A stretch of 64,000 bases of DNA from an uncultured delta proteobacterium (GTDB lineage: Bacteria; Desulfobacterota; Binatia; UBA9968). The position numbers and the translations under genes are program-made. Below, piece by piece: positions 58,584 through 64,000 of this stretch. The DNA lies in NCBI GenBank assembly GCA_963727625.1, contig CAVSHR010000009.1:96001-160000 (forward strand), read 5' to 3'. Within the stretch, counting starts at the first letter, position 1; each line of letters begins with the position of its first letter. Under the pieces are notes generated by a model. That model was not told where the DNA came from and searched no databases. It worked only from the letters and a program-made list of their open reading frames with translations.

Positions 58584-59395
58584 AGCGTGGCGCCGCTTGG
58601 TTGATTTTTTCCCTCGGTATTAGTCTCTATTGCCTTTTACCCTTTCTCTGGTTCGTGCTCACCTCTTTTAAAAGCCAGACCGAGCTCACGGCGATTCCGC
58701 CGATCGTGATACCGTCTTTTCATTTGAATTTTTACCGGGCGGCGCTGGAAAAGTACGGCCTGCTAGGTTACGTCGGCAACAGCGCAATCGTCGCCGGCTC
58801 GGCGACGTTCGTGACCGTCGTCATCGGCTCGCTGGCGGCCTACGCCATTGCGCGCTTGGAACTGTGGTGGATGAAATATTATCTGCTCGCGTTGCTCTCG
58901 ATCTCCATGTTTCCACAGATTGCCATCGCCGGTCCGGTGTGGACCATACTCAATCGTCTGGACTGGCTGAATACCTATCACGGACTCGTATGCGCCTATG
59001 TTGCGCTGACACTGCCGCTGGCGACCTGGATTCTCACGACTTTTTTTCGCGAGGTGCCGCGGGAGATCGAAGACGCTGCGCTCATCGACGGCTGCAGCCG
59101 TTTGCAAGCGTTGCGCAAAGTCGTGCTGCCCCTGGCAGCTCCGGGGATATTGACCGCCGCGCTGCTGGTTTTTATCTATGACTGGAACGAGTTTTTCTTC
59201 GCGCTCATCATCATGACCAATCCCAACGTGCAAACATTGCCGGTGGGAATCGCGCTTTTTCCGGGAGAATACACCATGCCCTGGGGCGAGATCGCCGCGG
59301 CGTCCACCATGGCGACTCTGCCCTTGATCGCTCTCACGCTGCTGTTCCAACGAGGTATCGTCCGCGGCCTTTCAGCCGGTGCCGTAAAAGGCTAA
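58580..59395 (+). CDS. carbohydrate ABC permease
   Basis: ATGA overlap; EDAALIDGCS, WNEFFFA. Confidence 0.9.
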   Translation: MKRGAAWLIFSLGISLYCLLPFLWFVLTSFKSQTELTAIPPIVIPSFHLNFYRAALEKYGLLGYVGNSAIVAGSATFVTVVIGSLAAYAIARLELWWMKYYLLALLSISMFPQIAIAGPVWTILNRLDWLNTYHGLVCAYVALTLPLATWILTTFFREVPREIEDAALIDGCSRLQALRKVVLPLAAPGILTAALLVFIYDWNEFFFALIIMTNPNVQTLPVGIALFPGEYTMPWGEIAAASTMATLPLIALTLLFQRGIVRGLSAGAVKG

Positions 59396-59426
59396 ACATC
59401 GAACTAAACGTTGAGGAGGAAGAACC

Positions 59427-60503
59427 ATCGCTTCTTTATCTGTCAAAGCCCTGGTCAAAAACTTCGGCGCCAACGAAATCCTGAAGAATATTTCCTTCGA
59501 CGTCGCCGACGGCGAGTTTTGCATTCTGCTCGGACCTTCGGGCTGCGGCAAGTCGACGATCCTGCGCTTGATCGCGGGCCTTGAGGAATCAACCAAAGGC
59601 GAGATCAGCGTCGGCGAAGAGCGCATCGATGCCCTGCAGCCGCGCGACCGCGATATCGCTTTCGTTTTTCAAAACTACGCGCTCTATCCGCACATGAGCG
59701 TGTTTGAAAATCTCGCCTTTTCGCTGCGCCTGCGAGGCCTATCGAAAGACGCCATCGACCGGAAAGTCGCGGAGGCGGCGCGCTTGTTGGAAATTGACGA
59801 TCTGTTAAAGCGCCGGCCGCAAGCGCTGAGCGGCGGCCAGCGCCAGCGAGTGGCGCTGGGGAGAGCCATCGTGCGCCAGCCGCGGGTGTTTCTCTTCGAT
59901 GAGCCGCTGTCGAATTTGGACGCCACGTTGCGCGCCAGCATGCGCGTCGAGCTGGCGCGGCTACACCGCCGGCTCAAAGCGACGATCCTTTACGTCACCC
60001 ATGACCAAGCGGAGGCCTTGACCCTAGGTGAAAAAATTATCGTGCTCAATCGCGGCACGATCCAGCAAATCGGCACCGCTTCGGAAATCTATCACAAGCC
60101 CGCCAACACCATGGTCGCGCGCTTCGTCGGCACGCCGCAGATGAATCTTCTCGAAGGCAGATTGGACGATAACGGCGCCCTATTCCGGCGTCAAAGTCTG
60201 CGCTTGGATCTCGCCAGGCTGCCGCAAACGCGCTTGGCGCGGCTAGCCGGAAAACCTTTAACCCTCGGGATTCGTCCTGAAGATTTTCACGTGGCGGACG
60301 CCGCTCAGGCATGGATTTCCGGCGAGATTGACCTGATCGAGGACCTCGGCTCCGACCGGTTTCTGCACGTCCAATGCGACGGCATCGAAGTGATCGCCAG
60401 GAATGGTCGAGAACAAAACGTTCGGCCGGGGGATCGCGTCGGTCTCAATGTCGACAGTGAACGCGTGCATCTTTTTTTCGACGATAAACGCTTCGAACCC
60501 TGA
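59427..60503 (+). CDS. MalK-type ABC ATPase with apparent ATC start
   Basis: GAGGAGG then ATC GCT TCT; GPSGCGKS lies upstream of the ORF-track start; LSGGQRQR, DEPLSNLD. Confidence 0.88.
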   Translation: MASLSVKALVKNFGANEILKNISFDVADGEFCILLGPSGCGKSTILRLIAGLEESTKGEISVGEERIDALQPRDRDIAFVFQNYALYPHMSVFENLAFSLRLRGLSKDAIDRKVAEAARLLEIDDLLKRRPQALSGGQRQRVALGRAIVRQPRVFLFDEPLSNLDATLRASMRVELARLHRRLKATILYVTHDQAEALTLGEKIIVLNRGTIQQIGTASEIYHKPANTMVARFVGTPQMNLLEGRLDDNGALFRRQSLRLDLARLPQTRLARLAGKPLTLGIRPEDFHVADAAQAWISGEIDLIEDLGSDRFLHVQCDGIEVIARNGREQNVRPGDRVGLNVDSERVHLFFDDKRFEP

Positions 60504-60592
60504 CTCGCGGCGGCGCACAATCCACCCCGCGATTGAGTTTTGGTTTCAATCGTAATAACAGCAAGCCAACAGACTGACGGAGGAACCCGCCC

Positions 60593-61300
60593 ATGAATAT
60601 CATCAACCGAGACCTTTCGGCGGAGAAAGACGGCGTGCCCGGCTATCTCGCCCATCCCGACCGCAAAGAGCCCGGACCCGCCGTGATGATCGTCCATCAT
60701 CATTTCGGCGTGACCGGAAACATGAAGGTCAACGTCTGCAACTACGCCAAGCTCGGCTACACGACCCTGGTGCCGGATCTGTATAAAATGCTCGGCGAAG
60801 CCGAGGGCGTCCATGAAGCCCAAAAGAAAACCAGCGACGGCCGCTTCAATGAAATCCTCACCAGCGCCTGGCGTTATTTGACGACCAGGCCCGAAGTCGA
60901 CGCCAAGCGCTGCGCCGTGGTCGGTTACTGCATGGGCGGGCGCATCGGCATTCACTTCGCCGCCGCCACGCCGAGCGTGCGCGCCTTCGTCGGCTACTAT
61001 CCATCGGTGCGCGAGGAGGGGCCGAGCCAACTCCGGCCGCGTCATCCGAACGACGCCGTCAAGGATATGAAGTGTCCGTCGCAGATTTTCTTCGGCGCCC
61101 ACGATCATGTCGCCAGCATCCCGGTACAGCAAAAACTGATGGAGAGTTTCCAAGCCAACGGCCAGCCGCTGGACTGGCATTTCTTCTACCGCGTCGGCCA
61201 TGGTTTCGCCATGGCCGACGGCGAATGCTACGATCCAAAACTAGCCGAGGTCGCCTGGAGTCTCACCGAAGACTTTTTGGCGCGCGAGTTGAGTGATTAA
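60593..61300 (+). CDS. dienelactone hydrolase family
   Basis: GYCMGG, D and HGF catalytic motifs. Confidence 0.9.
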   Translation: MNIINRDLSAEKDGVPGYLAHPDRKEPGPAVMIVHHHFGVTGNMKVNVCNYAKLGYTTLVPDLYKMLGEAEGVHEAQKKTSDGRFNEILTSAWRYLTTRPEVDAKRCAVVGYCMGGRIGIHFAAATPSVRAFVGYYPSVREEGPSQLRPRHPNDAVKDMKCPSQIFFGAHDHVASIPVQQKLMESFQANGQPLDWHFFYRVGHGFAMADGECYDPKLAEVAWSLTEDFLARELSD

Positions 61301-61307
61301 TAATGAT

Positions 61308-61709
61308 TTAGCCGAGCGGCAAGCCCATCTGGCGAAACTCGGCTGCGGAGTCGCGCGCGCCCCAGCGGCGGCGGATCAGGCCGTCTTTCAGCTCGAACCA
61401 TTCCATCGCCACTACTTCGTACGTACGGCCGGTCACCGGCCCGCCGCGGAAGGAGTTTGCCGACTTTCCTCGCTCGACGTAGCGAACCGCGACGAGTTCA
61501 CTCTCGGCGATCATCGCAACGATCTCCAGCTTTATCTGGAAGCACTCGATAATTTCGCGCCAGATGGGTCTGACCTCGTCGAGGGAACCCCACCCGAGTA
61601 CGCCGTAAATCAGCGCATCGGCGCTAAATAACTTACACAGTCCCTCGATATCCCCATGATTGAAAGCGTCGACGTATTGCATGACCGTCTGCTTGTTCCG
61701 CTCTTCCAT
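61308..61709 (-). CDS. SnoaL-like ester cyclase family
   Basis: NTF2-like pattern, TGR-YEV-AMEWF, RRWGARD. Confidence 0.8.
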   Translation of the reverse strand: MEERNKQTVMQYVDAFNHGDIEGLCKLFSADALIYGVLGWGSLDEVRPIWREIIECFQIKLEIVAMIAESELVAVRYVERGKSANSFRGGPVTGRTYEVVAMEWFELKDGLIRRRWGARDSAAEFRQMGLPLG

Positions 61710-61810
61710 TGAAAGCCTCGCCTTGTTTAGCTCATTCGTTCCTGGCGCGTCGTGAATGCTCGTTTAGATTGACCTGCGCGCAAAAAAAAGCTGCCCCTTT
61801 GCGATAGCCG

Positions 61811-62989
61811 TTAGACCACCTGACCGGCCGCCCAGCCAGACGACCACGCCCATTGAAAATTGAAACCGCCCAGGTGGCCGGTCACATCGACCACTTCGCC
61901 GATGAAAAATAATCCCAGCACGACTTTCGATTCCATCGTCGTCGATGACAGCTCGTCGGTGCTCACACCGCCGACCGTCACCTCGGCGGTCCGATAGCCC
62001 TCGGTGCCGGCCGGGCTCATGGGCCAAGCCTGCAAGCGCTCGCAAAGCGCGGCCAATTCGCGCGGCGCATATTGGCGCAAAGACCGGCTGCCGAGTTCAA
62101 TTTCGCATAGACGCTGCGCCAGCCGCTTGGGCAAAAATCCGCCGAGCGCGGTTTTCAGCTCGGCATCGGAGCGAGATGAATGGCGGGGCTTTAGCCATTC
62201 AGAAAGATCGGCAAGCGGCAAAAAATTTACTGACAGTTCATCGCCAGGCTGCCAATAAGACGAAATCTGGAGAACCGCCGGGCCGCTGATACCGCGATGG
62301 GTAAACAGCAGGGCGTTGGCAAAACTCTGGCGCTTGCAACGGAGTTGGACCGGCAGACTCACGCCGGACAAATCACGATAACGAACTAAATCGTCCGGGC
62401 CAAAGGTCAACGGCACCAGCCCTGCGCGCGTCGGCTCGATGCTATGACCGAATTGCCTGGCAAGCTCATAACCGAAAGCGGTCGCGCCCATCTTGGGGAC
62501 CGATAAACCGCCGGTGGCAACGACGAGAGAGGTTGTCTGAGTCGCGCCACGATTGGATTTGAGTGTGAAGCCATCGGCGCGCCGTACCACCGAACTCATC
62601 ACACAGCCCGTCTCAATCCGTACTCCCGCCGCCCGCGCTTCATCGGTGAGCATCTTTACGATCAGTTTGGCCGACTGATCGCAAAAAAGCTGTCCGAGTT
62701 CTTTCTCGTGATAGGCGATGCCATGGCGCTCGACCAGGGCGATGAAATCCGCCTGGCTGTAACGCGCCAGCGCGCTTTTGCAAAAATGCGGATTGGCGGA
62801 AAGAAAGTTTTCCGGCGTGACGTGCAGATTGGTGAAATTACAGCGCCCGCCGCCCGAGATCAAAATCTTATTGCCGACTTTTTCGCTGCGTTCGATCACG
62901 AGAACGCGCCGGCCGCGCTTGCCCGCCTCGATGGCGCACATCAAGCCGGCCGCACCGCCGCCGAAAATGACCACGTCGTAACGAATCAT
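61811..62989 (-). CDS. HI0933/YhiN-family flavoprotein
   Basis: GGGAAG, KILISGGGRCNFTN, LFTHRGISGP, GGFNFQWA; ATG 62989. Confidence 0.92.
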   Translation of the reverse strand: MIRYDVVIFGGGAAGLMCAIEAGKRGRRVLVIERSEKVGNKILISGGGRCNFTNLHVTPENFLSANPHFCKSALARYSQADFIALVERHGIAYHEKELGQLFCDQSAKLIVKMLTDEARAAGVRIETGCVMSSVVRRADGFTLKSNRGATQTTSLVVATGGLSVPKMGATAFGYELARQFGHSIEPTRAGLVPLTFGPDDLVRYRDLSGVSLPVQLRCKRQSFANALLFTHRGISGPAVLQISSYWQPGDELSVNFLPLADLSEWLKPRHSSRSDAELKTALGGFLPKRLAQRLCEIELGSRSLRQYAPRELAALCERLQAWPMSPAGTEGYRTAEVTVGGVSTDELSSTTMESKVVLGLFFIGEVVDVTGHLGGFNFQWAWSSGWAAGQVV

Positions 62990-63044
62990 TAAAAAGAAGG
63001 CTGAACCGGCGGCGGGCGGCGCCAGTCGCCGCCCGAATGTTTCG

Positions 63045-64000
63045 TCAAATAATCCCCTTCTCTTTAAAGTCCGCGAGTTGTTGATCGCTATAGCCGAGCG
63101 GTTTGAGATATTCGGCATTGTGCTCGCCGAGCTCGGGCGGCGGGAGCGGGTGGGGAATTTTGCTGTCGCTGTATTCATTGGGAAACCCCACCGTTCGTAT
63201 ATTCGGCTTGTCTTTGCGCTCGATGGTGATCTCCAGGCCCATGTGCTTGATCTGCTCGTCTTGAAAGACTTCTTGTAAATTGTACACCGGCGTGTGCGGT
63301 ACGTCGTTGGCTTCCAATTGCGCCATCCAGTAAGCGCGCGGCTTTCCCTTGAAAAAATCCCCGAAGACTTTGGCCAGTTCGTTATAATTCTTGCGCCGGT
63401 TGGGACGCGTATTGAAGCGCGGGTCGTCGATCGTCTCGGCATGTCCCGCGGCTTTGCACAAACCCTCCCAAAATTTCTGCGGCGACGACAGATGAATCGC
63501 AAACGGCAAACCGTCCGAGCCGCTAAAGGCGTAGGTCTGCGATTGCGTCGGCCGGGTATACGGCCCGGGGATCTTGCCGGTGGCGAGAGAGTCCGTCGCC
63601 GGTGCGATCAAGAAAGCCAGAATCGACCCGGCCATGGTGGTATCGACCCTCTGGCCTTTGCCGGTTTTCGCGCGCGCGGCGATGGCGCCGAGCACGCCGA
63701 TGCAGGCGAACATACCGCTCAAACTATCGGCAAAGTTAGGGCCGATGGGGCGGGGATTTTTCGCGTCCATGAGTAGGCTCAACATGCCGCCGAGCCCCTG
63801 CCCCACGGTATCGTAGGCCGGCCGCTTGGCGTATGGGCCGGTCGGACCGGTGCCCGTGATCGACAGATAAATCACACCCGGATTGGTCTTGCTCACGGTG
63901 TCGTAATCGATGCCGAGTTTTTTCATGACGCCGGGACGATAGTTGTCGAGCACCACATCGGCCTTGTTGGCGAGGCTGAGAAAGATTTCCTTTCCCTCCG
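63045..64000 (-). CDS. family III CoA-transferase (CaiB/BaiF), 5' end outside window
   Basis: ADVVLDNYRPG, RPAYD, PPELGEHN. Confidence 0.9.
   Translation of the reverse strand, partial: EGKEIFLSLANKADVVLDNYRPGVMKKLGIDYDTVSKTNPGVIYLSITGTGPTGPYAKRPAYDTVGQGLGGMLSLLMDAKNPRPIGPNFADSLSGMFACIGVLGAIAARAKTGKGQRVDTTMAGSILAFLIAPATDSLATGKIPGPYTRPTQSQTYAFSGSDGLPFAIHLSSPQKFWEGLCKAAGHAETIDDPRFNTRPNRRKNYNELAKVFGDFFKGKPRAYWMAQLEANDVPHTPVYNLQEVFQDEQIKHMGLEITIERKDKPNIRTVGFPNEYSDSKIPHPLPPPELGEHNAEYLKPLGYSDQQLADFKEKGII

Overview
GC-rich bacterial chromosome segment. The many Amidohydro_2 paralogs, NitT/TauT- and TAXI-like binding proteins and F420 genes suggest a deltaproteobacterial/Ca. Binatia-like host (inference). 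Core loci are bioF-bioA-bioD, radA, tRNA-Leu(CAA), an ECF sigma/anti-sigma cluster, cofG-cofD-cofC-cofE-npdG, recD2, hisC, a giant coiled-coil protein plus a KaiC/RAD55-like ATPase, clpB, tandem MFS genes, dinB, hemE-hemH-hemY and a sugar ABC transporter. A ~13.5 kb genomic island sits in tRNA-Leu, bounded by a 64-bp direct repeat (5407-5470 / 18863-18926). It holds an IS630 remnant, a tRNA-Thr att relic, three low-GC orphan genes, an integrase stub, a TIR-bounded HUH/Y1 (RAYT-like) element split by an IS1182-like IS, a heavy-metal RND pump and a merA-less mer-like operon. The best hidden signal is a MerP-like gene missed by the ORF track (17649-17972). It has an in-frame TGA at the first Cys of the GMTCxxC motif followed by a hairpin, so it is a candidate selenoprotein. 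Other hidden features are a 36-aa lipopeptide under an ECF promoter, two sigma54 promoters, a 54-aa basic ORF coupled to clpB, an internally deleted MFS, an ATC-initiated MalK and inverted 7/8-mer repeat arrays.
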